Notes under the pieces: generated by a model
Told to the model about the DNA's origin: nothing
Seen by the model: the letters and a program-made list of their open reading frames with translations, nothing else
Database searches by the model: none
Program-made: the position numbers and the translations under genes
Shown here: one piece after another, positions 38,855-53,255 of the stretch
How the letters are laid out: every line of letters begins with the position of its first letter
Position numbering within the stretch: position 1 is the first letter of the stretch
Assembly (NCBI GenBank): GCA_964016885.1
Contig: OZ024747.1
Location: 60,202,001-60,266,000 of the forward strand
Length of the DNA: 64,000 nucleotides
Source: Eledone cirrhosa
Lineage: Eukaryota
Direction: 5' to 3'

Positions 38855-41046
38855 ATACATATACACACATATATTCTCAACACTTCAAAAAAACAAAAGT
38901 TCGGCTTCGTACATTATATATATATATATATAATGTATAAATGATATTTGTTAAGGCTGTGACTTTAGCTGATTCAGACCTACTGCATAAGAACACCCTT
39001 GAACAGAACTTTTGTTAAAGATCTACAAATTACTTTATCATTACGTCTTTTTATATATTGCTGATCAACAGGCTTGTTCAAGGCTGGTAATATTCCTCAG
39101 TCAAATGTGTAGGTCCCTAAAGTTGATTGTTGCTCAAGGCTATATGTGCATGGCTAGTAACATATGCAGACCAAATGTGAAATATTGGCCTCCAAGTTTG
39201 GTAATAGCTCCAAATCAGATGTGAAATATAAACCTCTAGCACTGGTAATAGATTAGGATGAGATGTGAAATGTAGGCTCCATTTCAAACTGCTCATTAAG
39301 TATTTTAGTGATCAGTGCTTAATATATTTATTTATGCACATCAGTGCTTAATATATTTATTTATGCACATGCTATGAGATTATATATGTTGATGGTGCCC
39401 TTCCTGGTACCAACCTTTTTTGTTGCCTCATATCACAACCAGGAATGAATCATACCTTTTCTAAACTGAGTACATACCGAAGCAGAGGAAATAGAAAACC
39501 AAGAAAGACTTTATAAAAGATGATGAAGGAGGAAATAAAAGCCAGTGTGTTGATGAGTAGGGAGATGCAGTGGATAAAGCAAAATAGAAAAGCTTTTAAT
39601 GATGCCCTCACCTGCAACACTAATCACTGTTTTACATGGAAAAATGGTCTTAAAACTCTTAAAATGCATGTTTTTTGTTGTTGGTCAAAATCTCAATTGA
39701 TTAATTTTCTATCCAAGCCAAAAACTACGATGAAACTGTTTTCAAAACAATCACATGATAATGGTTCTAAAAATTTGATAGCATGAACTCTTCACTGTTT
39801 ATTGACCTGACCTTCAGAAGAAAAAAATCTTTGAACATTAACATAAAAAATAAAACAAATATCATCTAGCTGTTCAATATATTATGGCATCTAATTGGAC
39901 CTTCTGGGGGTAATTTTAAGACTGAAAACAAGAATATTGAATATTTTGGATATATTTCTAGACTGAGAAATTACATAAAAGAAATTTTTTATTTTTTTTA
40001 ACAATATATCTCTTGATTCTTTCATGTGTTTGATATTCTGGGAAAATAAAACTGAACTAAATAAAGAAAAAGCAATTGGTCGGTGCCGTTCCTTGGTCAT
40101 ATTTTATATCCTTTATTTCATTCTATTTTTATTTTTATTTTTATTTTTATTTTTATTTTTATTTTTATTTTTATTTTTATTTTTATTTTTATTTTTATTT
40201 TTATTTTTAGCACAGTTGAATCTTTGGTGTTATTTTATAGCCATGCTTTGTGAGCAAATGAGAGCTGTGTTAGAATTATGTTCAAAACTAAAATATTTCT
40301 TCTCTTCAACTATGAAATATTCTCTCTGACTTACGTTTAAAATTTTCATATCAATGAATATTATATGCTATGCATTAATATGAATGAAGTTGCTCGGGGT
40401 TTTGTTGTTTTGTTTTTGCTATTTTTTTCTGTTTTTTTTTTTTTTCTTTTCCAAGTGTTGTCTTTCGGAAGAGTGTTGTTCACATTTCTATGGGAACCAC
40501 ATTTCCTTTTATTTTTAGTTGAGCAACTGAAAAACATTGATTTTTGAATTAATTACAATGAAAACTGCCTGAGAAGGTTAAATTTGTTAAAACTGCAACA
40601 AGAAATATTCCGAAAATTCTCTCATTAATCATTCTTTTCATTTGTTTGAAGTTCAATTTCTTTGTTTGATTTTTTTAAAATTATTTTTTTTTAAATTTAT
40701 TTATTTATTTTTTAAATCATATTTTATTTCTTTTTTTTATTTGTTTGTTTGTTTAATTTTGATTTGATTAAATTTTCTGTTACAATGCTGCAAGTGTTCT
40801 GTACTTTGTGATGATGTTATCAAATGAAATTGAAGAAATTTCAGAAATCCTCTAGCTCAACTTACTGCTGACATGTTAGAGAGGAGCAGTGCTATCATAC
40901 CAGTCTTTTATGTTTGGCAACAGAGTTCCAATAATGAACTTTAATGTTATCAACTATTGAATGATGGAATTCCATTGTTCTACTAAAACCAAACACAACC
41001 TCCATCTTCATCTCATTGTTTTAACATTTCTTTATATTGTTAGTTT

Positions 41047-41660
41047 GGAATCTCTACATACACAGTTACTTCTTTCTCCTTATGTCCATCCATATTTCTC
41101 AAACCTGTTGTTAAGCTTTGTTACCATGGGCCTATGAGGGAAGTTTCTAAATTCACAGGTACCTCTTTGCCTTTATGTCCATCCATACATGTGAAACTTG
41201 TTATTCTTGGTTACAATGGGCCAATGAGGGAATCTCTACATACACAGGTACCTTGTTGTCTTTATGTCCATCCATACTTATCAAACTTGTTGTTATTCAT
41301 GGTTACCATGAGCCTATATTGGAATCCCTACAAAACACAGGTATCTTGTTGTCCTTATGTCCATCCATACATATGAAACTTGTTATTCTTGGTTACCATG
41401 CGCCTATAAGGGAGTCTCTACATACTCAGGTATTTTGTCTTCATGTCCATCCATACTTCTCAAACCTGTTGTTATTCTTGGTTACCATGAGTCTGTGAAG
41501 GAATCTCTACATAACACATGTACCTTGTTGTTCTTATGTCCATCCATACTTATCAAACCTGCTGTTACTCTTAGTTACCATGAGGGAATCTCTACATAAC
41601 ATCTGTACCTTGTTGTCCTTATGTCCATCCATACTTATCAAACCTGTAATTATTTCTAGT
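41047..41660. repeat. Diverged ~90-bp tandem repeat, about 7 copies
   Basis: GGAATCTCTACATACACAGGTACC...TTATGTCCATCCATAC...GGTTACCATG recurs. Confidence 0.85.
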
Positions 41661-42079
41661 TATGAGATAAATGAAGGTGTTTCTACTTGTTGCTCACTCT
41701 TTTTTTATTGGATTGGTATGGCAGTAAGGGCCTTTCCCATAGCTTTCACAAGTCATGTAGGACTGGTGAATTGGACTCTATTAATGTTCTACTTATAACA
41801 ATTGCAGAAAAAAACAAACCACCAAAGCAAGGGCATTCTAGTGGGATGATTGTCTGGGAAGACGGACTAGAAATGGTGCTTGAAGGAGGAAGGACTGGAA
41901 ATAGTGGTTAGGCATCTGTGTGGTGGTGGTGGTGGTGGTGGTGGTGATAGAAGAACACAATATGGGTGAGAAGAGGAGAGATTTGTGTGACTGAACCACA
42001 TGAATAGAAGAGGTACAATTCTAACCAGTTTGAAATAATAACAGTATTGTTGTTGTTATTTGTCTTATATTTATTGCAT

Positions 42080-43260
42080 ATCATCACTGCATTACTGAGC
42101 ACAGCTCTGTGCACCTTGGGTATGTGCAGTGTGGTTTTTGGTGGTGTTGTTTCTATTGTATTGGGAGTAGTCTCCGTAATAGGTGTGCAGTGCCTAGTAG
42201 TGTTATTTATTATATGCTATATATATTTGTAAGTCCTAGAGTTTTGGTTATGTATCATCTGTGTGTGTGTGTGTGTTTTATATCATTTCCAGAAAACCTA
42301 TTATAGGGAATGTTTCTGTTTTCATCATCCACATTCAAGTTATTTCTACCTCTAGATCTTTATATTTGGATAATTTCTCCATTTCCTTGGTATATATATT
42401 GTCATCTGTGGGAACTGATACATCAATTAGGTGTATTTTTCTTTGTGGTCTTTAACTATAGTATCCAGCTGGTTGGTGTTGGTCCACCTGTCTGCATTGT
42501 AAATTTTTATTTTCCATTTTATTTAATTTTCTGGCTGGATCGCAACCAGTATATGTTAGATGGAGAGAAACCTCCTGTGAAGGTGAGCAGTTGATGACAG
42601 GACAATTTTTTGAACTTCATAGATTGTTGATTTCTCTGGGATCTGATCAAAACGTTTGTTTGTAACCTTCTTGATCATTCTCAGGGAAGCCACAACAACA
42701 GGAAGGATTTGGGTTTTCAATTGCCACATCCTAGATATCTTAATCTCAAGGTCCTTGTATTTAGAAAGTTTCTCAAATTCTTTTGCTGAGATGTTTCTAT
42801 CAGTGGGCATGATCATATCAATTAAAGACATGTTTTATGGTCTTCTGTCTTTGATGACAATGTCTGGCTTGTTATCATTTATTTACCTGCCTCTATGTAT
42901 CCCATAATCCCATAGGATGGCAACATTCTCTCTCTAAGTGATCGGTTGTGGATGGTATTCATACTAGTTCTTAGGGTGCGGGATATCATAGTGATGGCAT
43001 ATGCTCCAGTGCACGTATTTGCCAACTCGATTATGCCTAGCTTTATATTCTGTAGGAGCAAGGACTGAGCAGTCAGCAACAGCGTAGCCTATGCTCTCAA
43101 GTTTGTCATCACAAACTCTGCACTTTGTGTTTGCACCATTGTGCAAGACATTAGCTTGATAGTATCAGGTGAGGAGACTTTGATCTTGAGCAGCTAGGAT
43201 AAATCCTTCTATTCCTGTTTTCAAAGCAGTGCTCTGTAGCCACTGATGGTTTCTTTTCTA
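42080..43260 (-). mobile_element. Two degraded R4/Dong-type LINE 3' fragments
   Basis: AAQDQ, knuckle KCRVC...DCSVLAPTEYKARHNRV, PDIVIKD and IDM..P.D..KE.EKLSKYKDL RLE motifs (42556-43260); second copy at 42080-42500. Confidence 0.8.
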
Positions 43261-43619
43261 TTATAATTATAAATATGAATTACTAAATATTTTACTGTCA
43301 GTTGAGTCTCAACATGGACCTTAGACAATCAGTGTATTTTTGTTGTTGTTATTATTGTTTTTGTTGTTGTTATTACTTGTAATGCTTTTGTTCTGGCAGT
43401 TGTTATACTGACACTATACCAAAAGAGTGAGTCATAGCCAATGGCCATTTGGGTTATTCCCTCTCTCTCAACCTTCCTACACCCTCCTTATAATCCTTAC
43501 TGTTCCTAGCAAGGCTATTTTCTGCAACAATCCCATCTTGATGGTAATTCCTAGTTTCTCAAGCCATGCATCTAACCTTTAACTAACTGATTATTATTGT
43601 TATTATTATTGTTATTATT

Positions 43620-43830
43620 AGGCGGCCGATTAGCAGTATTAGTAGAGGGTCAGACGTCGTGCTTTGTATCATAAAGTTATCATCCTTTATGGTCTAAGTT
43701 CAAATCATACCGAGGTTAGCTTAGCCTTTCATCCTTACGGGGTCGATAAAATAAAGCACCAGTAATGCACTGGGGTAATTACTGGCCTTGTGCGAAAAGT
43801 AGAAACATTATTATTATTATTATTATTATT
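43620..43830 (+). mobile_element. SINE family A
   Basis: Full consensus between (ATT)n tracts. Confidence 0.8.
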
Positions 43831-44231
43831 ACGTAAGTGAAACTTGTGAACATAAAAAGGAGTAAAGAGAGCAGATAATTAGGCAGCTATTATGAAAGTT
43901 TTAATTTGTAATTACTACTTTCACATATTACATTTGTAGCAGCAGCTTGTAATTATGTAATTAATTGTCTTATATTATATATTTGTTGTTGTTGTCTTGT
44001 CTTTGTCGTCAAGGCAGATGTTGACTAGTAGTAGTGGTGGTGGGGATGGTAGTAGTAGTGCATTGTTGGTATTTTACTTGGTTGTTTCGATCAAGACATC
44101 ATCATCATCAGTATTAATCTTTCTTTTTATCCTCATACACAAAACCTCAATGAATAACATTGGAGTTTGAGCACTGTAAAGAGTGCAGCTGCTGGAGAGA
44201 TATAAATGAACAACATGTTATGTTATATAAA

Positions 44232-44265
<34 letters not shown>

Positions 44266-45179
44266 ATGAAAGACGTAAAATAAGAAAATTATAAAAATTA
44301 ACTTACTTACTAAAATTTCACTCTAACTAATTAGTTTCTGAAAGGGAATAAACATGGTTTCCGAATGGAACACATGGTGAAGGCCTTTCGTCATCAGGAA
44401 GTCTATTCTCAGCTAAGTTCCCAGGCGATGCGTGGACACAGGGAACTTATACAAAAATAATTCAGTGGATGGAAAAAAGCAAGCGTGGACTAAATTCCAA
44501 GACATTGAAAAAAATCACTGCCTACTTGGTCGGTGGCAAATTCAAAAGAATCGATCACGTGACATCGAGGTTAATCAGTGAGGAATGGGGTGTTAAGAAG
44601 ACAATAGCCGAACTATTAGTATGAACTATAGTAGCAGTTTTGGCAAATTTTTGCTCAACAAAATAATTTGGAGATAATTATAAAGAATTAGTATATCTAC
44701 ACAAAGTTACTAAGACAAAACCTATATATTTGATAGCATAGGTATGCATCTGTATATATATGTTGGTAGATATACTAATTCTTTATATATATATATATAT
44801 ATATTTAATACATTAACAGAGAAAGCTTTAAGCAATACTCCGACCGATTTCCGTCTCACTCAACAAACATTAGGATATACCTTAGTATAATCCCAATTAT
44901 ACATTTGGGGTGCTAACTATATGTATTTTGCGGATAGCCAGTTGTATTATTTTATATGAGACATAATTAAATACATCCCTCTTTCCAAACGATCATTTCA
45001 TTATAAGTTTTCTACAAGTTGGGAAAATAATGTGCAGATTATGTAGAAGCCTACACATAGTCCATCAGAATATATGCAGGTGGGCACTTATAAATCATCA
45101 GTGGATGCCCAACAATATCAATATAAAAAAAACCTTACCAATATTAACAGTGTTAGAGTGACCGCCAAATTTGAAATTC

Positions 45180-48100
45180 CAGCAGTCTCACAAATATATA
45201 TAAAGCTTACTTTGATAACTTTGATAGGTTTTGGCCAGTGTTGGCTCAGACCATGTCTAACTTAATAGCACCACCTGGTGAACTCTTTCAAATCAGAATT
45301 TGGGCCCCATGGTCCACTCAAGAAGGGAGTTATTGTTTGCAGAGACATATCCAGGTGTAGGAGGTTTATCCAGGATTTCTTGAAGGAATTTGTCCAAAGA
45401 CTCCTTGAACTTTATTCTGTCCAAAGAATTCTGTTTTAATGTGTTTTGGTGTAATGTTAAAGAGAGCAGAGCCAATTGAGGTGAAATAATTATGCCGTAT
45501 TATTGTTATGAGATGCGAGTTTGATTTTTGTTGTGGGTGGATAGCATAGGGTCCAAGCTTTGGGTGTAGTTTAAAGTTGATACCAGCATCATTTGGGCAA
45601 TGCTGATGGAATATTTTCCACATCATGCAGATAAGTTAGCGCTCACGGCGGCATTGGAGAGAATAAAGTTTGAGTTTTTCTTGTTGATCCCAATAGTCAA
45701 GGCCTGTCATCTTTTTCGTGAGACAGATAATAATGTGGATATCGATCGAGTGGAAGGTTCTGAGAATCCAGGAATACATTCTGCAGTCCATGTCAACTTT
45801 GCTGTTACATGAGTCGCCCAGCTTATGTTGTTGTCCACAATTACTCCCAAGTCTCTGATGTTGTTGGATGCCATGAGCGTTTCACCTGAAGGAAGTGAGT
45901 ATGGGAGTTTCAGGGCATCTTCTTTTCCAAAGTGGTTTAACTCAACTTCATCCTCATTCGGTAGCATATTGTTCTTTTCTGCCCATTGGATAACAGCCAG
46001 TAGATCGGATTGGAGGCATATCCGGTCACCCACGCCATTAATAACCTTCTGGAGCTTGGAATCGTCTGCGAAGATTCTTATGCTGCTGTGCTTGATGATA
46101 TCAGTAATGTCATTAATATAGATAATGAAAAGAAGTGGGCCCAACACAATGCCTTGTGGGACACCAGTACTGACTTTGGTTTTCTCAGCTCAGTAGAATG
46201 TTGTGATCAACCCTGTCAAAGGCCTTGCTGAAATCACAGTAGATGACATCAGTGTTGGAGCCCTCTCCCTAAGCTCTCAAAATATCATCAAAGTGATGCA
46301 GTACCTGCGTTAGGCAATCCCTTCTATTACAGAACCCGTGTTGATTGAAGTTCAGCTGTTTGTTGCTTTCAAGAAAGTGGGTTATTCGTGATCTCACCAC
46401 CCTCTCAAATACCTTGATGATATGAGAGGTGAGTGAGATCAGACAGTAATTGACGGCAAGGGATTTGTTTCGCTTTTTGAAAACAGACTGGGATAGTATG
46501 TTTTCTGGTACATATCCAGCATCCAGTGAGTTCTTCCACAGATTAGCAAGAGGAGATGCAAGTTGGTGTCGACACACCTTTAGGACACAAGCAGGGAACC
46601 TATTGGGGCCTACTCTGAATTGTGTTTAGTTTCTTTTATTGCCGCTAAAACATCAGGGGCACCAGACATTATGTTCGATATAGTGTGTTGGGGATTAACA
46701 TCACTGATACAGCCCAGATTAGCCATATCAGGATTGCTGAAAACAGAGCAGTATTGTTTCTGCAGTATCTGTCCCATGGTTTTAGCATTGTCTTTGAGTG
46801 TTCCATTTTCATCAATTAAAGGGCCAACAGTGGAGCCAGTGACTTGTGTTTTTTTGCAAATGAAAAGAACAATTTGGGATTGAATTTGATTTTCTCAATA
46901 ACCCAGGCCTCTTCAGCTGCTCTTTGATTGTTGATGATGGACATCATGCTATTTTGGAGGTTGTGGTTTTTTTTTATACTAGTGATGTAATGGCAGTCAG
47001 TTTGTTGTTTTTTTGTTAATTCTTTTAATTTTCCTGATAAGTGTTCTTCTATTTCTAGGGATTCTGCACTTAGATTTATTTACAGATCTTAATGGGGTAT
47101 GTTTTGCACATATAGTTGATCTCGAAAAATTTGATCTTCCATTTTTGAGTATTGGTGGAAGGGCTGATGCCTTGAGCATTAAGCAAAAATGTTGAGGCTA
47201 AAGGGGTGGTTGATTTTAATTGTTTTGGAGGGTTTGTTTGTTAATGGGAGTTTGTGCAGTGGGGTGGTAGTAGAGGGTGGTGTTGGGTGATGACTAGAAT
47301 GTAGTTCTTTTGCCAGATTCATTATGGCTAAAATAGAGGTTTCCTGTTTAGGGAACTGTAAGGGACTGTAGTTGTGGGTATTGGAATTGGTTAGGATTTT
47401 TATTTTTATTTGTGTGATGAGTGCCTAGAAGATGAGTAAAAGGACAATCATGTTTCAGACATAATCTGTCTCACTGGGAATAGCAGCAGATTTGGGGATT
47501 CTGTGTTTTAGCATTTGGTGGTTGTGATGGTGTTTTTTTTTAATATGTGCTCTGATGTCAGCTGTTGTTTGTAGAGATTGAGCGTTTTGTCCCAGGTAAA
47601 TGAGTGAATTTGCAGTCTCTGGCACTACATAACCTATTATGTAAAGAATAGCGGAATGATGGGGTTTCAAGGTGGGGGTGTAAGTGTGTGTTGTGAGAGG
47701 TATAGATGATAATTTGTGTAGGTTTGGGTGAGCTGTGAGAGATAAATTCCTTGAGATAGTAGTAGGCAAAGATGTTGTTCTGGGGTTGATAGTAGTAGTA
47801 GGCAGAGGAGATGTTGCCAGTGATGATGAGGATCAGTTATTGTTTGATTTAACTATTGGGGGAGTTATAGGAAGTGATTTTTCGGTTTCCTTCTGTGAGC
47901 AGCTGGGATCTGAAAGGTTGATGGTTTCATTTAGTAGGTCATCCATTGTGGTTGAATTGAGGAGCTGTTGTTGTTCAGAGTGAGCAATATTTGAAGATCC
48001 TTGTTGTTGTTCTGAATTTGTTGTTGTTGTGGTGTTGGTATTGGGTGCTACTGTATTGGCTGAGCAGTGTTTAAAGAAAAAAATACATTTTAGTTTATCA

Positions 48101-48700
48101 GAATGTCTGTTAATTGATTTAAATGTAACTTGAATTGAATTTGTTTTAGCTTGTTTTGAATCTGCTGTTCTGATTGAGCTTTTAAAAGATAACCTGTCCG
48201 CTTAACAATTTCATTCAGACATGAAGCACCCATATTTTCCATTTTGGTAAAGCAGTACCATGCATTTCTTAGATGGACTATTTCATTCTCAGACCAGTTT
48301 TGTTTGGATTTTTGTTGAGCAGCCATTCTAGTGTGACTATATTTTATTTTATTTGTTGTTGTCCTTGTGAGTTTGTGAGTTCCCTGATTCCTTGAAGATA
48401 TTCAGAGAGAAGTATGTAGAATAGTTTGTACAGGAATGTATGTTTCAATACTGAGAAATTTGTGTTTGTATTAGAAATACATACTTGCAGACACTTGGAT
48501 ATAAATCATGTAGTTATATATAATGTTTTCCAGATCAGGTGAATGTGTTAGTGCATAATTAGGTATAGTCCAAATCCATGATAGATGGTTAGAAAAAAGT
48601 TAACATGTTTGTCTTCAGTGTTAGTCGGTTCGAAGGAAGTCACCAAAAGAGAGAAAGAGCTGGCTGTATTGCCGCTATTTATAACCTCTTTCCGGAAGTT
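45180..48700 (-). mobile_element. Degraded CR1/L2/Jockey-group LINE with ORF1 remnant and disrupted RT
   Basis: NY.LISLTSHIIKVFER, QHGF, DVIYCDFSKAFDRV, GVPQG..LGPLLFIIYIND, FADDSKL, RDLGVIVD; many stops and frameshifts; endonuclease not recognisable. Confidence 0.8.
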
Positions 48701-48769
48701 GCAAAAGAGGGTTCTAGACTTTCGACGGGAAGTAACTCTAACTACTTCCCTGTCTAGAGAGCGCTACAA

Positions 48770-50328
48770 CTTTACTGTGTGGACTGGACTCTTTTAGTCG
48801 TGGTACCCAAACAATCACTTTACTGTGTAGACTGGACTCTTTTAGTTGTGGCTCCAAAACAATCACTTTACTGTGTGGACTGGACTCTTTTAGTCATGGT
48901 ACACCAAACAATCACTTTACTGTGTGGACTGGACTCTTTTAGTTGTGGCTCCAAAACAATCACTTTACTGTGTGGACTGGACTCTTTTAGCCATGGTACA
49001 CCAAACAATCACTTTACTGTGTGGACTGGACTCTTTTAGTCATGGTACACCAAACAATCACTTTACTGTGTGGACTGGACTCTTCTAGTCGTGGTACCCA
49101 AACAATCACTTTACTGTGTGGACTGGACTCTTTTAGTCATGGTACACCAAACAATCACTTTACTGTGTGGACTGGACTCTTCTAGTCGTGGTACCCAAAC
49201 AATCACTTTACTGTGTGGACTGGACTCTTTTAGTCATGGTACACCAAACAATCACTTTACTGTGTGGACTGGACTCTTTTAGTCATGGTACACCAAACAA
49301 TCACTTTACTGTATGGACTGGACTCTTTTAGTTGTGGCTCCAAAACAATCACTTTACTGTGTGGACTGGACTCTTTTAGTCATGGTACACCAAACAATCA
49401 CTTTACTGTGTGGACTGGACTCTTTTAGTCGTGGTACCCAAACAATCACTTTACTGTGTAGACTGGACTCTTTTAGTTGTGGCTCCAAAACAATCACTTT
49501 ACTGTGTGGACTGGACTCTTTTAGTCATGGTACACCAAACAATCACTTTACTGTGTGGACTGGACTCTTTTAGTCATGGTACACCAAACAATCACTTTAC
49601 TGTGTGGACTGGACTCTTCTAGTCGTGGTACCCAAACAATCACTTTACTGTGTGGACTGGACTCTTTTAGTCATGGTACACCAAACAATCACTTTACTGT
49701 GTGGACTGGACTCTTTTAGTTGTGGCTCCAAAACAATCACTTTACTGTGTGGACTGGACTCTTTTAGTCATGGTACACCAAACAATCACTTTACTGTGTG
49801 GACTGGACTCTTTTAGTCGTGGTACCCAAACAATCACTTTACTGTGTAGACTGGACTCTTTTAGTTGTGGCTCCAAAACAATCACTTTACTGTGTGGACT
49901 GGACTCTTTTAGTCATGGTACACCAAACAATCACTTTACTGTGTGGACTGGACTCTTTTAGTCATGGTACACCAAACAATCACTTTACTGTGTGGACTGG
50001 ACTCTTTTAGTTGTGGCTCCAAAACAATCACTTTACTGTGTGGACTGGACTCTTTTAGTCATGGTACACCAAACAATCACTTTACTGTGTGGACTGGACT
50101 CTTTTAGTTGTGGCTCCAAAACAATCACTTTACTGTGTGGACTGGACTCTTTTAGTCATGGTACACCAAACAATCACTTTACTGTGTGGACTGGACTCTT
50201 TTAGTCATGGTACACCAAACAATCACTTTACTGTGTGGACTGGACTCTTTTAGTCATGGTACACCAAACAATCACTTTACTGTGTGGACTGGACTCTTTT
50301 AGTTGTGGCTCCAAAACAATCACTTTAC
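48770..50328. repeat. 48/49-bp minisatellite, about 32 copies, three monomer variants
   Basis: ACTTTACTGTGTGGACTGGACTCTTTTAGT followed by CATGGTACACC, CGTGGTACCC or TGTGGCTCCA, then AAACAATC. Confidence 0.97.
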
Positions 50329-51199
50329 CATGTGAACTAGGGGCTGGGGTGGATAAGGTGAATGGGGATTGTACATCATTCAAATACACACACACACATA
50401 TTAGGAAAATAAGAAAAAATTTGCTGTTATTGTGTGAGAAAAACCCATTTGCATTTTCTACTGTTTTTCTTATTTTTCCTAATATATATGAACTTGTGTG
50501 TCACTTCTAGAGAGAGGGAGAGACACATACACATACATACATACATAGTTGGCAAATATTTTATTAAATTTTAATTTTGAAAAATTGATGTTGTCATCAT
50601 GAACACATCTCAGTAATAATTGTCAAGTAGAAAACCATTAATAAAACTAAATTAATCATTTCTAATAGTTCTACTACCAACAGTTTTTCAATTTCCCACA
50701 TCTTTATACAGAAGAAAATTGGAAGAAAAAATACCTTGAAAATAACCTCTATTAAATGGAATATGATGTATCATTTTTATTTTGTTAGATATTCTTATTT
50801 TTTTTGTAATTTCTATTAAAATATTCTTCCATAATAAGGCAGCTATAAAAAACTACCATTGGTCTCTCTTAATTATCATTTCTTTTTTTCCTTGATTATT
50901 CATATTTGCTTTCATTAATAAACCAACATTTCTAAGAAAAGTAATCATGGTCAAAATCATCTATAATAATTATTGTCATTATTATCAATTGTTTTTGTTT
51001 TTGTTTATTTTTATATGTTCAATTTCATCTATCACTTAACCCTTTTATTGTCATATTACTTACAACATAAATATACTGCAAATGATTTCGAAATTATTTT
51101 GAAAATAATCAAAACTTTCAAAGGATTTAGTAATATAACTAACATGCTCTATATTAAGTTGATGTTTCTAACATAACTAAGGTTCTTACTTAAAATTAT

Positions 51200-51390
51200 A
51201 ATTGTTACTACTTTTGGCACAAGGCTAGCAATTATCCCAGTGTATTACTGGTACTTTATTTTATCGACCCCGTCAGGGTGAAAAGCAAAGTTAACCTCGG
51301 TGGGATTTGAAATCAGACCATAAAGGGCTGTAACTCTTTGCTGCAAAGTATTGCGTCAGACCCTCTACCAATACTGCCAATCCACCACCC
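51200..51390 (-). mobile_element. SINE family A
   Basis: Full consensus; CTTACT(T)AAAATTATAAT on both sides. Confidence 0.85.
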
Positions 51391-51439
51391 TTACTTAAAA
51401 TTATAATGAAAGGCTATTAGATAAATATAAATACTTTAA

Positions 51440-51647
51440 CCCTTTAGCATTTAAACTGGCCATATCCAGCCAGAATTCTCTCTCTTCTTTCTGTTCAAAC
51501 TGGCTGTAACCAACCGCTCATACTGATGTAAAGGTATTGTTCTCAAAACAAATAACAACAAAATATCATAGATTCGATATAATGTGAGATAAAGCCTTTA
51601 CTATGAAAATATAATAGTAAATGGAGAGTAATGTAAATGCTAAAGAG
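51440..51647. mobile_element. piggyBac-type MITE (partial second copy follows to about 51860)
   Basis: TTAA-CCCTTTAGCATTTA ... TAAATGCTAAAGAG-TTAA. Confidence 0.85.
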
Positions 51648-52882
51648 TTAAACAGGTCATACGCAACCAGAATTCTCTCACCTGTTTCTATTCAGGCTGG
51701 CTGTAACTGGACGCTCATACTGATGTTAAGGTATTTTTCTCAAAATAAATAATATCAAAATCTCATAAATTCGATATTATGTGAGATAATTATCTGTAGT
51801 AAAACCTTTACCATGAAAATATAATAGTAAATATAGAGTAAAGTAAATGTTAAAGGGTTTCTATCATAGAACAATGGATGCTTTCATGCTGTTTGGTGAA
51901 CACCTTTTTTCATTTGCCTACTATTGTAAGACTGCAGGGTCAAGCTACAAATGGTAAGATACCAATTCTATAAAATCTCATCATCATCATCATCTGGCTT
52001 AAATGTCTTCTTTACCTGTCACAAGCATTTGACGTTTTGGTAGCCTCTTTCAAAACATCTCTCCAGAGTTTTCATTCCAGGGATAGGTTTTGATCCAGGT
52101 TCCAGGCCATCCCTGACTACCTCTTCCCCAGGTTTTATGTGGGTGCCCCCTTCCCTATCTACTATAAGCCACAATCTTTGTACATTAATGTATCCACCTG
52201 CCATTACAGTTTGCATGTCCAAACAAACACAGTCTTTGTGATCTTGAAATAGAGACGAGTGCTAATATCTTTAGTTTTTGGTAGAGAGATGCCATGTGGA
52301 CTTTGTCTAAGATTGTATATTAAGTAAAGCATATTGTTAACCATTTTGTTATTCTGCCACTTGAAACTTCCCCGAGTTCAGATACTAAGTTGTTTATTTC
52401 AGAATGATCATATTTCAATTTTAAACATCTATCGTAATTTTATGCGAGAAAATTTTAAGTTACGATTTATTCACTTGCTTAGAAATGAACAATCTTTGAT
52501 TAATTTCAAAGTTATTTGAAAAATTGTCTGCAATAATTTTCATTAAAATTTCAAATTATCCTTTAAAAATGGCGTGTGATGTTGTTATTTAGTAATAAAG
52601 AAATATTAGCATCAATGCCTAACCTTGCATAACCTTGAAGCTCTCAGAAATAAATTACATAGCTTAGAACGTTCTGGAAAATGTGTACGATTGTGCAATA
52701 TTTCAGTTATATATATATATAAATAATAATAATAATGAAATTATTGTGTACAGTGCTCAGGTGCACTACAAATATATATATATATATATATCCACACATG
52801 TGGTATCATTATCGTTGAGCAGTTCTATAGGAAGTTATATTGGTTTCTGTGCCTCTGGCATTATATTGATCTATATTTCCTA

Positions 52883-52933
<51 letters not shown>

Positions 52934-53060
52934 GTGGCAGCCTCTACAATGCAGATGGATAAATCTCCAGCTAACAAAACCAGGTGGCAGCTAGAAGAAA
53001 GCAGGCGAGGCGGAAGAGAATTGTAAAAGGAAACAAAAACCAGAGGTGAAGTTACCTTGT

Positions 53061-53255
53061 AATAGATTTATTTGTCCCTATATTTCAGATTTCACATCCA
53101 TCATCGGGGGATTCCGAAGGAAAACTGGCAATGTCTGATGCCAACACCAACAACAAATGGCCACGTTGATTCTTTTCCGACAAATCTCCAATAATCCTAC
53201 GGAATCCACCGTAAAAGGATGTGAAATCCGAAATATAGGGACAAATAAATCTATT
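53061..53255. mobile_element. MITE-like element with 39-bp inverted termini
   Basis: AATAGATTTATTTGTCCCTATATTTCAGATTTCACATCC versus its reverse complement at 53217-53255 (1 mismatch). Confidence 0.8.

Noticed and set aside
44345-44402. Minus-strand CTGATGA...GAAAC hammerhead-like core
   Set aside because: Stem II forms (CGAA/TTCG) but I could not build stem III, a cleavage triplet and stem I
48770-50328. Constant ~30-bp repeat plus variable segment resembling CRISPR repeat-spacer
   Set aside because: Only three closely related variants recur; this is ordinary minisatellite variation
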